A stretch of DNA of 64,000 nt from assembly GCA_965208575.1 (NCBI GenBank), contig CBDBOV010000005.1, positions 736,001 through 800,000 on the forward strand. Direction: 5' to 3'. This DNA comes from Spirochaetia bacterium. GTDB lineage: Bacteria > Spirochaetota > Spirochaetia > SZUA-6 > Bin103. The translations under genes were made by a program, and so were the position numbers. The notes beneath the pieces are model-generated. The model saw only the letters and a program-made list of their open reading frames with translations, searched no databases and was not told where the DNA came from. Positions 37,207-47,437 of this stretch are shown here, one piece after another. How positions within the stretch are numbered: position 1 is the stretch's first letter; each line of letters begins with the position of its first letter.

Positions 37207-38261
37207 TGACCACCACCGCGACGCTATACGACCCGCGCCTCAACGCGCGGCTGAAGAAGGCGCTGCTGATGGCGATGATTCTCCACGCGGTGATGTTTAT
37301 CGCCCTGGGGATTCGGGCCATCCTGGTGAATGAGGAGCCGCGAGGGCCGCTGACGGTGCAACTCGCGGACCCGCCGCCGAAGCCGAAGCCAAAGCCGCCG
37401 CCGGAACCTGCCAAGCCGGCGAAACCGGCGCCCAAGCAGGTGCAGAAGGCCGCCGACTCGACGCCCGCGCCGGCCAAGCCGGCTCCCAAGCCGGAGACGC
37501 AGCCGGCTCCCAAGCCGCCCCCCGCGGCGGCACCGGCGAAGCCGCTGCCCACGGCTCCCAAGACGACTTCCACGCCGAAACCGCAAGCGGCGGAAACTCC
37601 GGCGATCCCGAAGCCGGTCATCGCCAACCAGCCGCCGCCGCCGCCCGCCGTGTCACGCGAGGAAGCGGCCGCGTCGGCGCAGGCGCTGGCCCAGGCGGCG
37701 CTGCAGCAGTTGGCGCCCACGCCGAGCGCCGGCGAAAAGCCCACGTCGTTCGGATCACCGGTCGGACCGCTGGCCGATTCCGCGCCGGTTCCCGTGTCGT
37801 CGTCGAGCGAGGCCAATCTCGGGCGTACGGCGAACTCGGCGGGCTCGCGCGGGGCGACAGCCGACACGCTGGCGGCGCTCGACCAGTCGCTGGCGTCGGC
37901 GGCGAGTGCGGCGGACTCGGGCGGGTCGAACGGGCCCGGCGCCGGGGCCGGCGCTCCCGGCCTGGCCGGACAGGGATACGGCAGTGCCGGGGCGGGCGAC
38001 TTCGCCTGGGACGACCCCGGGGCCGGGTGCGAGGTAATCAAGAATCCCGATCCCGACACCGCCGGCATTGTGAACGAAGGCATGACCTACCACATCAAGG
38101 TACGCTTCCGCGTCGACTCGAGCGGCCTGGTCACCAGGGCGCAGATCACCGAGGGCAGCGGCAACAGCGCGCTTGATGCGGCGGTGTTGCGCGCCGCGGG
38201 AAGCATGAGCTTTGCCTGCAAGGCAGAGGCGCAAGGCGTCAAGTCGTACCGGGTGAGCTAG
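37206..38261 (+). CDS. TonB/TolA-family energy transducer
   Basis: TM with ILH motif, PKPKPKPP linker, C-terminal VRFRVDSSG...GSGNSALDAAVLRA. Confidence 0.9.
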   Translation: MTTTATLYDPRLNARLKKALLMAMILHAVMFIALGIRAILVNEEPRGPLTVQLADPPPKPKPKPPPEPAKPAKPAPKQVQKAADSTPAPAKPAPKPETQPAPKPPPAAAPAKPLPTAPKTTSTPKPQAAETPAIPKPVIANQPPPPPAVSREEAAASAQALAQAALQQLAPTPSAGEKPTSFGSPVGPLADSAPVPVSSSSEANLGRTANSAGSRGATADTLAALDQSLASAASAADSGGSNGPGAGAGAPGLAGQGYGSAGAGDFAWDDPGAGCEVIKNPDPDTAGIVNEGMTYHIKVRFRVDSSGLVTRAQITEGSGNSALDAAVLRAAGSMSFACKAEAQGVKSYRVS

Positions 38262-38359
38262 CTGGCCCAGTCTGCTCGAGACAGCGCACGCACGGCAGCT
38301 CTCGGTGAACGGTGCTGCCGTGCTACCATGTTGACCGAGTGACTTGCCACACCGCTTCC

Positions 38360-39073
38360 GTGCCGGGCGCGACCCGCGCGGTGGTATTCGACATCGACGG
38401 CACGCTGTACCCGACGCGGCGCATCGCGTGGCGGTCGCTGCCGCTGATCGCCGGCAACCTCAGGCTGTTCTACGCCTTCGGCAAGGCTCGGCAGGCGTTG
38501 CGCCGAGAGGTGCCCGGCCCGGCATTGCGGCAGCGCCAGGCCGAGCTGGTGGCGCGGTCGCTCGGTATCGACGCGGCAGCAGCGGCGCGGCGCGTCGAGC
38601 AGGTGGTGTACCGGCAGTGGCCGCGCTGCTTCGCGCGCTTGCGCCCGTACGAGGGCGTGGTGGAGACCCTGGCCGCGTTGCGGCGCAAGGGCCTGCGCCT
38701 CGGCGTGGTGTCCGACTCGCCATTCACACGCGAGAAGCTCGCCGCTCTCGGTCTGCACGGCGGCTGGGACGCGGTGGTCAGCGCCGACGAGGCAGGCGCG
38801 TTGAAGCCCAATCCGGAGCCGTTCCTGCGCATCGCCCGGTTGCTCGGCGTGGCCCCGGGCGAGGTGCTGTTCGTGGGCAACAGCTACCGGCGCGACGTGA
38901 TCGGGGCGCACCACGCCGGCATGCGGGCGGCCCACTTCACCCGGCGTCCGGTGCGCGCCGGCGTGGCTGACGTGTCGTTCGCGCACTATCGGCGGTTTCC
39001 CTGCGTGGTGCCGGCGCGGCAGACCGCCGAGAATGCCGAGAGCGCAGAAAGTGCAGAGCGCCGCGAAGTTTGA
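38360..39073 (+). CDS. HAD-superfamily hydrolase
   Basis: FDIDGTLY, VVSD, LKPNP, LFVGN..RD; start uncertain (ORF open from 38312). Confidence 0.9.
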   Translation: MPGATRAVVFDIDGTLYPTRRIAWRSLPLIAGNLRLFYAFGKARQALRREVPGPALRQRQAELVARSLGIDAAAAARRVEQVVYRQWPRCFARLRPYEGVVETLAALRRKGLRLGVVSDSPFTREKLAALGLHGGWDAVVSADEAGALKPNPEPFLRIARLLGVAPGEVLFVGNSYRRDVIGAHHAGMRAAHFTRRPVRAGVADVSFAHYRRFPCVVPARQTAENAESAESAERREV

Positions 39074-39079
39074 CGAAGT

Positions 39080-39109
39080 TTGACAGTGGCGGCGCGCGCC
39101 GGCTACAAT
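39080..39109 (+). promoter_or_regulatory. Putative sigma70 promoter
   Basis: TTGACA (39080-39085) - 18 bp - TACAAT (39104-39109). Confidence 0.7.
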
Positions 39110-39166
39110 CGTAGCCAGCCGCGGCCCGTCAGTCCCTGCCGCGGCGCTACGGGAGGGGGACGCACC

Positions 39167-40291
39167 ATGCTCTTGTTGGGGAATCTGGCCACGTTGCTGG
39201 TTGTGGTGGCCATTCTCTTCGCCTACCGATATTTCGACCTCCGCAGCCGGTCGCTCGGAAAGACCAAGCGCTACGCTGACCGGATCGCGGGGCGCTTGGC
39301 CGAAACCATCGAGCAGAACACCTCCGCGGTCCATGACCTGGCAATCGAATTGCAGGTCAACCTCAAGACCGGCAAGGAGTTGCTCAAGCGCATCCGGGAC
39401 GTGGAAGACCATCTTGACGCGCGTACCGCCGAAGCGCAGCAGGTCGGCGAACGGATCGCCGGCCAGATGCGGACCGTCGATGCACTGACCGAACGCACCG
39501 GTGAGGTCGCGGTCGAGGTGCGGCGAGTCATGGCGGAGTGCAGCGCGACCGCGGCCGTCGAGGAACGGCTCGGCGCCATGAGCGGCGCGTGTTCCCGTCT
39601 GGAGCAGCGAATGGACGCCATCGCGTCGTCCGTGGACAGCGTAGCTGAGGAGATCGGCGAGGTGATGGCCGGCCGATCCGAACTGCCGGCGCTGCAGCAG
39701 CAACTGACGCACGCCGAACAGATGAGCGCCGAGGTAAGGCGGAAAGTCACCGAGTTGCGCAACCAGAGCCGGCACGTCGACGCATTGCAGGACAACCTGG
39801 CGACGATGGAGCAGTCGGTGGCGCGCCTGCAACCGGGGGTCGCTGAAGTCGCCGACACCGTGGCGCAACTGCAGCGCCAGGTGGAGGTGGCGGCCTCGGG
39901 TTCCGCCCGCGCACAGCAGGCAATCGAAGCGCTCGGCACGATCGACGCGGCGCTGGAGGAGATCGAGAGGCGCGCGGATCGATTGCAGGTTGCTCGCGAG
40001 TGGCTGGCGCGCACCGAGACCCGGTTGGCCGAGATCAGCGCCGGCGCGCAGGACCAACTGCGGTTGCTGGAGACCGTGCTCAAGGCGGAACGCGGCAACT
40101 CGCCGGACGAGGCAGGCGCCGCGGCGATGGGAACTCGTGCGATGGTGGTCAAACTGGCCGGGCAGGGATGGTCGGTGCCGGAGATATCGCGCGCCACGCG
40201 GCTCAGCCTCGGCGAGGTGGAGCTGACCCTCGAAGTAAGCACTGCCGGGGTCAAAGCCGACCGCGGCAACGGCGTCGCAGGACCGTCCTGA
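39167..40291 (+). CDS. Membrane-anchored coiled-coil protein with C-terminal HTH-like domain (SpiroCoCo-like)
   Basis: N-terminal TM then D.RSRSL.KTKRYADR, heptad repeats, C-terminal GWSVPEISRATRLSLGEVELTLE; GGGAGG RBS. Confidence 0.75.
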   Translation: MLLLGNLATLLVVVAILFAYRYFDLRSRSLGKTKRYADRIAGRLAETIEQNTSAVHDLAIELQVNLKTGKELLKRIRDVEDHLDARTAEAQQVGERIAGQMRTVDALTERTGEVAVEVRRVMAECSATAAVEERLGAMSGACSRLEQRMDAIASSVDSVAEEIGEVMAGRSELPALQQQLTHAEQMSAEVRRKVTELRNQSRHVDALQDNLATMEQSVARLQPGVAEVADTVAQLQRQVEVAASGSARAQQAIEALGTIDAALEEIERRADRLQVAREWLARTETRLAEISAGAQDQLRLLETVLKAERGNSPDEAGAAAMGTRAMVVKLAGQGWSVPEISRATRLSLGEVELTLEVSTAGVKADRGNGVAGPS

Positions 40292-40425
40292 CGGCGCCTG
40301 CCGGCACCGCGTACCCGTCCCCGTGACGGGGGAAAGTCCTTGACCGCGGCAAAATCCGGTTATTAAGTTAGCGGCGGGTTGCGGCCTGGGGTCGCGCAAT
40401 CGGCGCCACTCATCGTACGCACAAT

Positions 40426-41247
40426 ATGAAGAAGAATCGCACGGGAAACGGCTCCGACCGTGGTCGATCAGGCAGAGCGCAGCGCGGCGGCGACGGCAAC
40501 CGCCGGTCGGCTGCCGAGAGCGGCGCGCCGGCGGCTGCCGAGTCCCCCGCCCGGGCACCGGAAGCAGTGCATCCGCAGGCCGCCTCGAATGGCGTCGATT
40601 GCGCTCCTGAAGGCGATGGAGGCCACCCACACGGCACCGCCGGCGGCCACTCCTCGGACCTGAAACAGGACGACGAGCCGGTTACGGGCGACACGCTCGA
40701 TGATGGTGCCGGGGATGTTGCGGCTACCGATTCGGGGTCCGATCAGGTCGCCGACCTGAGCGCCGAGATCGCCCGGCTTCGCGACGATTTGTTGCGCAAA
40801 CAAGCGGATTTCGAAAACTCTCGCAAGCGTTTGATTCGAGACAAGGAAGAGGCGATCAGGTTTGCCAATGACGCTCTTCTGCTCGATCTTACCGGCATTC
40901 TCGACGACTTCGGGCGCGCCATTTCAGCCTCCGAAAATAGCCAGGATTTCAGCACGCTGCACAGCGGCATCGAACTGATCGAGAAGCAGCTCCTCGCGAC
41001 ATTGGAACGCAAGTGGGGGTTGAGCCGGTTCGACTCCGCGGGGCAACCGTTCGACCCCGAGCGCCACGAGGCACTCGCCACCGAGCCGTCCACGGAATAC
41101 CGCGAAGCCACCGTACTCGAAGACTACCAGAAAGGGTATGTGCTGCACGGCCGCGTTATTCGCGCGGCGCGGGTGCGGGTCGCCACCCCGGTGGAGGAGC
41201 CGCGCGATGCGCCCGATGGCCAGGCCGGTTCCGGTCGATCGGCGTAA
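40426..41247 (+). CDS. grpE: Nucleotide exchange factor GrpE
   Basis: LRKQADFENSRKR, FDPERHEA, QKGYVLHGRVIRAARV. Confidence 0.97.
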   Translation: MKKNRTGNGSDRGRSGRAQRGGDGNRRSAAESGAPAAAESPARAPEAVHPQAASNGVDCAPEGDGGHPHGTAGGHSSDLKQDDEPVTGDTLDDGAGDVAATDSGSDQVADLSAEIARLRDDLLRKQADFENSRKRLIRDKEEAIRFANDALLLDLTGILDDFGRAISASENSQDFSTLHSGIELIEKQLLATLERKWGLSRFDSAGQPFDPERHEALATEPSTEYREATVLEDYQKGYVLHGRVIRAARVRVATPVEEPRDAPDGQAGSGRSA

Positions 41248-41273
41248 CCGCGAGGAAGGAGCAATAGGAAACT

Positions 41274-43250
41274 ATGGGAAAAATTATCGGCATTGACCTC
41301 GGTACGACGAACTCCTGCGTCGCCGTCATGGAGGGCAGCGACCCGATCGTGGTGCAGAACTCCGAAGGCCAACGTACGACGCCTTCCATCGTTGCGTTTA
41401 CCGACAAGGGACGGTTGGTCGGTCAACCGGCAAAGAACCAGGTGGTTACCAACCCGGAGAACACCATTTATTCGATAAAGCGGTTCGTCGGACGCCGCTT
41501 TACCGAGGTGCCCGAAGAGATAACGATGGTGCCCTACCAGGTTCTCGACTCCGGCAACGACGTGCGCGTGGTGGCCCAGGGAAAACAGTATTCGCCACCG
41601 GAAATTTCCGCCGCGGTGCTGCAGAAGATGAAGGAAACCGCGGAACGCTATCTCGGCGATACCGTCACTGAAGCGGTGATAACCGTGCCTGCATATTTCA
41701 ACGATTCACAACGCCAGGCGACCAAGGACGCGGGTCGAATCGCCGGCTTGGAAGTGAAGCGAATCGTCAATGAGCCAACCGCCGCCGCACTGGCCTACGG
41801 ACTCAACAAAGAGGGCAAGGAAGAACGCATCGCGGTGTACGACCTCGGCGGTGGTACGTTCGACATTTCCATTCTGGAACTCGGCGACGGCGTGTTTGAA
41901 GTGAAGTCCACGAACGGCGACACGCATCTCGGCGGCGACAACTTCGATCAGCGCGTAATCGACTGGCTGATCGACAAGTTCAAGAACGAATACGGCATCG
42001 ACCTGAGCCAGGACCGGATGGCGTTGCAGCGCCTCAAGGAAGCCGCCGAGAAGGCCAAGATAGAGCTTTCCGGGACGGAAACCACGGAGATCAATCTGCC
42101 GTTCATCACGGCCGATCAGACCGGTCCCAAGCACTTGCAGTACAGCTTGGCGCGATCCACGTTCGAGCAGATGATCGGCGATCTGATCGAAGCTACCGCG
42201 CAACCGTGCCGGCAAGCGATGCAGGACGCCGGGGTTGATCCCGGGGCGATCGACCAGGTTGTCCTGGTGGGTGGGTCGACGCGCATACCGGCGGTCCAGA
42301 AGCTGGTTGAGGACGTGTTCGGGAAGGAGCCGAACCGGGGCGTGAACCCGGACGAGGTGGTGGCAATCGGCGCCGCCATCCAGGGCGGCATCCTTGGCGG
42401 CGAAGTGAAGGACGTACTGCTGCTCGACGTGACTCCGTTGTCGCTCGGCATCGAGACGCTCGGCGGGGTGGCCACCAAGCTGATCGAGCGCAACACCACC
42501 ATTCCGACCCGAAAGAGCCAGATTTTCTCGACCGCCGCCGACCAGCAGAAGGCGGTGTCGATCCACGTGCTGCAAGGCGAACGCGAAATGGCTTCGCACA
42601 ATCGCACGCTCGGCCATTTCGACCTGGTGGGAATCCCGCCGGCACCCCGCGGCGTACCGCAGATCGAGGTCACCTTCGACATTGACGCGAATGGCATCGT
42701 GCACGTGTCGGCGAAGGACCTCGGCACCGGAAAGGAACAGAAGATCCGCATCGAGTCGTCGTCGGGTCTGTCGGACGCCGAGATCGACAAGATGGTCAAG
42801 GAAGCCGAGCTGAACGCCGAGGAGGACAAGCGCGTCCGGGAGCGCGCGGAGGCGCGCAACGAAGCGGATACGCTGGTCTACTCGACGGAAAAATCTCTTT
42901 CCGAGTATGGCGACAAGCTGTCCGCGGACGAGCGCAGCGCGGTGCAGACGGCGCTCGCCGACGTGAAGGGCTACCTGGACGGCAATGAGCCCGACGCTCT
43001 GGACGTGGACCTGCTCAAGACCAAGACCGAGGCACTGCGCCAGGCCGCTTACAAGCTCGCCGAAGAGATGTACAAGAACGCGCAGGGCACCGAATCGGGC
43101 GGCGGCGCGAACGCCGAGCCGGGAGCCAACGGCACCACCAACGACGCCGATGGAGGAGCCGGCGAGAATGGCCGCACTGCCGCGGCCAGCAAGGGTGAGA
43201 AGGTAGAAGACGTCGATTACGAAGTGGTCGACGACGACGACAAGAAGTAG
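41274..43250 (+). CDS. dnaK: Chaperone DnaK
   Basis: [49 protein letters not shown]. Confidence 0.99.
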   Translation: MGKIIGIDLGTTNSCVAVMEGSDPIVVQNSEGQRTTPSIVAFTDKGRLVGQPAKNQVVTNPENTIYSIKRFVGRRFTEVPEEITMVPYQVLDSGNDVRVVAQGKQYSPPEISAAVLQKMKETAERYLGDTVTEAVITVPAYFNDSQRQATKDAGRIAGLEVKRIVNEPTAAALAYGLNKEGKEERIAVYDLGGGTFDISILELGDGVFEVKSTNGDTHLGGDNFDQRVIDWLIDKFKNEYGIDLSQDRMALQRLKEAAEKAKIELSGTETTEINLPFITADQTGPKHLQYSLARSTFEQMIGDLIEATAQPCRQAMQDAGVDPGAIDQVVLVGGSTRIPAVQKLVEDVFGKEPNRGVNPDEVVAIGAAIQGGILGGEVKDVLLLDVTPLSLGIETLGGVATKLIERNTTIPTRKSQIFSTAADQQKAVSIHVLQGEREMASHNRTLGHFDLVGIPPAPRGVPQIEVTFDIDANGIVHVSAKDLGTGKEQKIRIESSSGLSDAEIDKMVKEAELNAEEDKRVRERAEARNEADTLVYSTEKSLSEYGDKLSADERSAVQTALADVKGYLDGNEPDALDVDLLKTKTEALRQAAYKLAEEMYKNAQGTESGGGANAEPGANGTTNDADGGAGENGRTAAASKGEKVEDVDYEVVDDDDKK

Positions 43251-43280
43251 CCGGGAGTTGTTGGGCAAGGTCGGGAGCGG

Positions 43281-44402
43281 TTGGCCAAGCGGGATTACTA
43301 CGAAGTGCTTGGCGTCGACAAGGGCGCCTCGCTTGACGACGTAAAGAAGGCTTACCGCAAGCTCGCGATCCGCTATCATCCCGACAAGAACCCGGGCGAC
43401 AAGGCCGCCGAGGAGAAGTTCAAGGAGGCCACCGAGGCCTACGACATAGTCTCCAATCCGCAGAAGAGGCAGGCCTACGACCAGTTCGGCTTCGCCGGTG
43501 TCGATGGCATGGGCGGCGGCAGAACGCAGGACTTCTCCCACGTCTTCCGCGACTTCGAGGATATATTCGGCGACTTCGGGGGTATTTTCGACTCCCTGTT
43601 CGGCGGCGGCCGGCGGCGGCCGGCGGGGTCGCGCGCGGTCGTGCGCGGCGACGACCTGCGCTACGATCTTGAAGTGCCGTTCGCGGACGCTGTGTACGGC
43701 ACGGAAGCGGAAATCTCTTTTGCCCGCAACGAAAGCTGCGCGGCGTGCCGTGGAACCGGCGCCGCGGGCGGCGCGCGGCGCAAGATCTGCCCGACGTGTG
43801 CCGGCAACGGCCAGGTGCGGCGCAGCTCCGGGTTCTTTTCCATCGCCTCCACCTGTCCGGAGTGCGGGGGCGAGGGAGATATCGTGGAGAACCCCTGTGT
43901 GCAGTGCCGCGGCACCGGCCGGGAACGCCACAACAAGCGCCTCAAGATCACCATCCCGGCCGGCATTGAGCCCGGCAAACGTATCCAGGTGCCCGGTCAT
44001 GGCGATGGCGGCGCCGGCAACCGGCCGCCGGGAGACCTGTACGTCTACATCCACATTCGCGCGCACGAGTTCTTCGAACGCCACGGCAACGACCTGTACT
44101 GCGTGATCAGAGTGGGCATCGTGCAGGCCGCCCTCGGCGGCGAGATCGTGGTCGCCACGCTCGATGACCGCAAGGTTCGGGTCAAGGTTCCCGCCGGCAC
44201 GCAGCACGGCAAGATGCTGCGTCTGCGTAACGAGGGAGTTCCGTTCCGTGGCGAGCGCCATCGCGGCAATCTGTACATCCGGGTGCTGGTCAAGGTGCCC
44301 GATCGGGTCCCGGCACGGGCTCGCGGACTGCTCGAGGAGTTTGGCCGCATCGTGACCGACGACAACAATCCGCAGCCGGTTCCCCTCTCCGACCTCAAGT
44401 AG
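43281..44402 (+). CDS. dnaJ: Chaperone DnaJ
   Basis: J domain with HPD, G/F region, four CxxCxGxG motifs. Confidence 0.99.
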   Translation: MAKRDYYEVLGVDKGASLDDVKKAYRKLAIRYHPDKNPGDKAAEEKFKEATEAYDIVSNPQKRQAYDQFGFAGVDGMGGGRTQDFSHVFRDFEDIFGDFGGIFDSLFGGGRRRPAGSRAVVRGDDLRYDLEVPFADAVYGTEAEISFARNESCAACRGTGAAGGARRKICPTCAGNGQVRRSSGFFSIASTCPECGGEGDIVENPCVQCRGTGRERHNKRLKITIPAGIEPGKRIQVPGHGDGGAGNRPPGDLYVYIHIRAHEFFERHGNDLYCVIRVGIVQAALGGEIVVATLDDRKVRVKVPAGTQHGKMLRLRNEGVPFRGERHRGNLYIRVLVKVPDRVPARARGLLEEFGRIVTDDNNPQPVPLSDLK

Positions 44403-44407
44403 CCTCG

Positions 44408-45727
44408 ATGTCCACCGCGCCCGTGTTCATGGTGCAGGCGGCGGTCGTCGGGATGCTCGCGGTGCAGATTGCACTCGCGGCGGTGCGGGTGCGATACGCG
44501 CCGCGGCCGGCCGAGGCGGTCTGGTTCCTGCTGCTGCTTGCCTCGGTGCTCGGATTGGCGGCGACCGGTGCGCGTGGGCCGGGCGGCCTGGTGGCGGCGG
44601 CCGCGGTGACCTGGGCGGCCGGGGCGTGCCTGGCGGCGGCCGCCGGCGAGGCGCCGGCGTGGCGCTGGCATGCCGCCGCGGGCGGGGTCGCGGCCGCAAT
44701 CGCGATGTGCGCGTGGGCCGGTTGGTGGGGCGGCCGGCTGTGGCTGGCGCCGGCGGCGGGAGTCGCCGCGCTGGCCGCCTGGCCGTTGCGCGGGTGGTCG
44801 GTGCGGCGGCGCGGGGGCGCGGCGGGCCGTTATCTGTGCGCGATCGGATTGCTTCCGGTGGCAGGCGCGCTGGTCGACCAGGTCGCGCAACTGGCACGCG
44901 GCGCGCCATTGTCCCTGGCGGTCGTGGGCGCCGGCGCGGCGGCGCTCGGTGCGGGCTATCTGCTCGCCGAGCTCGACCATCTGCGTGCGCCGGCCGGCGA
45001 GCGCCGGCAGCCGGATTCGGCGGGGGACGGCCTGCTGCAGCAACGACTGGCGATCGCCGGGTATCTCACCGCCGGCGTCGCACACGAGTTCAAGAACACG
45101 CTCGGCCACATCAAGACGACCGCGGAGTGGGGCGCCTCAGGCGGTGACGCACAGCGTGCGCTGCACCTTATTCGCAGCCACGTGGGTGACGGCGTCAGCG
45201 GCGTGCACGAGATGCTCGCCACGACGCTCCGGGACGGCCCGGAAGCACGTTCGAAGGTGTCGCCGTTGAGCGAGATCAACAAGATCCTGGGAGTGGTGGC
45301 GGCGACGCTGCAGGTGGTGCGGATCACGATTCGGCTGCAGGTGCCGGCGGAACTCGCCCTGGTGACCCGCCGCAGCGAGCTGATGCTGGCTCTGCTGAAC
45401 CTGATCCACAATGCCGGTCAGGCGACCACCGAGCGCGATTCCGCGGGCGGCACCGTCACCGTGACCGGCCGCCAAGAGGCCGATCGGTGCATCCTGGAGG
45501 TGACCGACGGCGCCGGAGGCGTGGATCCGGCCGCGGTCGGAAGACTGTTCGACCGGGGATACGGCAGCGGGGCGGGCACCGGTGTCGGGCTCCACCTGGC
45601 GCGTCTCCTGGTCGAACGCAACGGCGGCAGCCTTACCTATCACGCGATTCCAGGTGGAAGCTGCTTCCGCATCGCACTGCCGATGGCACCGTCGCCGGGC
45701 GGCGTGGGTGCGGTGCGGGGTGGCTAG
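44408..45727 (+). CDS. Membrane sensor histidine kinase (no adjacent response regulator)
   Basis: About 6-7 TM segments; H box AGVAHEFKNTL, N box LLNLIHNA, G1 VTDGAGGV, G2 GTGVGL. Confidence 0.9.
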   Translation: MSTAPVFMVQAAVVGMLAVQIALAAVRVRYAPRPAEAVWFLLLLASVLGLAATGARGPGGLVAAAAVTWAAGACLAAAAGEAPAWRWHAAAGGVAAAIAMCAWAGWWGGRLWLAPAAGVAALAAWPLRGWSVRRRGGAAGRYLCAIGLLPVAGALVDQVAQLARGAPLSLAVVGAGAAALGAGYLLAELDHLRAPAGERRQPDSAGDGLLQQRLAIAGYLTAGVAHEFKNTLGHIKTTAEWGASGGDAQRALHLIRSHVGDGVSGVHEMLATTLRDGPEARSKVSPLSEINKILGVVAATLQVVRITIRLQVPAELALVTRRSELMLALLNLIHNAGQATTERDSAGGTVTVTGRQEADRCILEVTDGAGGVDPAAVGRLFDRGYGSGAGTGVGLHLARLLVERNGGSLTYHAIPGGSCFRIALPMAPSPGGVGAVRGG

Positions 45728-46595
45728 CGGCGTGGCCGGCGAGCCGGTCGAGCTGTTCGACGAACAGGGCGTCAGCCGCGGATTCTACTCTCCGCTCAAC
45801 CGGCTCAACGAGCTGACCGGCAAGGAGTGGTTGTACTGGACGCGCTCGGTGATCCACCGCCCCTATCCGCCCAACTGCCAGCACGCCCTGCGCAGCCTGC
45901 ACGGCGGGCAGAAGCCGCCGGACCTGTGCGCTGACCTGATTCGCGTGTTCACCAAGAGCGATGCGCTGGTGCTGGATCCATTCATGGGGGTGGGCGGCAC
46001 GCTGCTGGGCGCCGCGCGTGCGGGACGGAGGGCGGTAGGCATCGAAGTCAACCGGCGCTGGATCGAAATCTACCGCGAGGTGTGCCGCCGCGAAGGCCTC
46101 GCCAGGTTTCCGGCCCACGCCGGCGACGCGGCCACGGTGCTGGAGCAGGTCAGCGGTCCATTCGACCTGGTGCTGACCGACGTCCCGTACTGGAACATGG
46201 ACGTGGCGCCGCGTTCGCGGGGCAGCTACAAGCGCGTCGGGTCGCCGTCGCGGCCGGCGGCGCAGACGCGGCTCGACCGGTTCGGGGAGGCGTCGGAGTA
46301 CGCCGACAAGGCCGCCTGGCTGGGCGCGATGCAGCGCGTGTTCCGGCTGGCGTGCGAGCGCCTCAAGCCGGGCGGGCACCTGCTCTCGTTTATCGGCGAC
46401 ATGTACATGGGGGGCGTCTACCACGCCTTGTCGGCGGAGTTGGGGGCGATGCTCAGCGGCATCGAGCCGCTGGTGTGGCAGGCGAACCTGGTCTGGTATG
46501 ACGTCTCCAAGAAGCTGCACATCTACGGCTACCGCTATCGCTACATTCCCTCGCTGGTGCACCAGAACGTGCTGGTGTTCCGCAAGGCGCAGTAA
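45720..46595 (+). CDS. Orphan N4/N6-type DNA methyltransferase-like protein
   Basis: LNELTGKEW, HGGQKP, LDPFMGVGGT (SAM binding), GIEVN, LTDVPY, LKPGG; GTG overlaps the kinase stop. Confidence 0.82.
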   Translation: MASGVAGEPVELFDEQGVSRGFYSPLNRLNELTGKEWLYWTRSVIHRPYPPNCQHALRSLHGGQKPPDLCADLIRVFTKSDALVLDPFMGVGGTLLGAARAGRRAVGIEVNRRWIEIYREVCRREGLARFPAHAGDAATVLEQVSGPFDLVLTDVPYWNMDVAPRSRGSYKRVGSPSRPAAQTRLDRFGEASEYADKAAWLGAMQRVFRLACERLKPGGHLLSFIGDMYMGGVYHALSAELGAMLSGIEPLVWQANLVWYDVSKKLHIYGYRYRYIPSLVHQNVLVFRKAQ

Positions 46596-47398
46596 TGGTC
46601 GTCTACGGGGTGCATCCAATCGCCGAGCTGCTCGGGCGTGCCGCCGCGGGCCGCGGGCAATGGCCGCGCGCGGCGGAGTTGCTGGTGGCGCGGGACAACG
46701 CCGCCGTGCGCCGCCTGAGCCGGCAGGCGGAGGTGCTGGGGATTCCGGTTCAGCGGGTGAGCGCGGCGGAACTGGCGCAGCGCTGCGGCAGTGACGCACA
46801 TCGCGGCGTGGCGCTGGTGGGCGCGCCGGGTTCCGCCCGCAGGTCGGCGAGGGGCGCGCGGAGAGCCCCGGCGGGTGCCGGTCGGGCCGCCGGGCCGGCT
46901 TCGTTGCGCGCTGCCCTTGCCGGCCTGGCGCAGCGCCCGGCGGCGCTGGTCGCGGTAGCGGACGGCATCACCGATCCCGCCAACCTCGGCAGCATCACGC
47001 GCAGCGCCGAGCAGTTCGGGACCGACCTGCTGGTGGTGCCGCGGCGTCGGTCGGCGCGCTTCGATGACACGGTGATGCGGGTGTCGGCGGGAGCGGCGGT
47101 GCACGTGGCCGCCGTCTCGGTGTCCAACGTGGCGGCCGCCCTGGCACAGCTCAAGGGCGCCGGTTTCTGGATCTACGGCGCCGACCTGGCGGGTGAGCCG
47201 CTCGACGAGGTGCGGTTTCCGTCGCGGGTGGCGCTGGTGCTGGGATCGGAGGGCGGCGGTCTGCACGAACTGGTGCGCCGCCGCTGCGACCACCTGGTGC
47301 GCATCCCGACCAGGGGGCAACTGGACTCCCTGAACGTCGCGGTGGCCGCCGCGATCCTGTTGTACGAGGTGGCGAGGCAGCGGCGCAGCCCAACCTGA
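46595..47398 (+). CDS. rlmB: SpoU/TrmH-family RNA methyltransferase (RlmB-like)
   Basis: YGVHPI, DGITDPANLGSITR, LGSEGGG, DSLNVAVA. Confidence 0.9.
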   Translation: MVVYGVHPIAELLGRAAAGRGQWPRAAELLVARDNAAVRRLSRQAEVLGIPVQRVSAAELAQRCGSDAHRGVALVGAPGSARRSARGARRAPAGAGRAAGPASLRAALAGLAQRPAALVAVADGITDPANLGSITRSAEQFGTDLLVVPRRRSARFDDTVMRVSAGAAVHVAAVSVSNVAAALAQLKGAGFWIYGADLAGEPLDEVRFPSRVALVLGSEGGGLHELVRRRCDHLVRIPTRGQLDSLNVAVAAAILLYEVARQRRSPT

Positions 47399-47437
47399 CG
47401 CACGAGAGGCGCCGGCCCACGACGGTGGCGGCGACGG

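Noticed and set aside
40292-40425. Possible CIRCE element before grpE
   Set aside because: Only TTAGC matches and there is no TTAGCACTC-N9-GAGTGCTAA inverted repeat; a weak TTGACC/TAAGTT promoter is possible but was not called
41706-44261. 851-aa antisense ORF opposite dnaK/dnaJ
   Set aside because: Well-known shadow ORF of GC-rich dnaK; no motifs of its own
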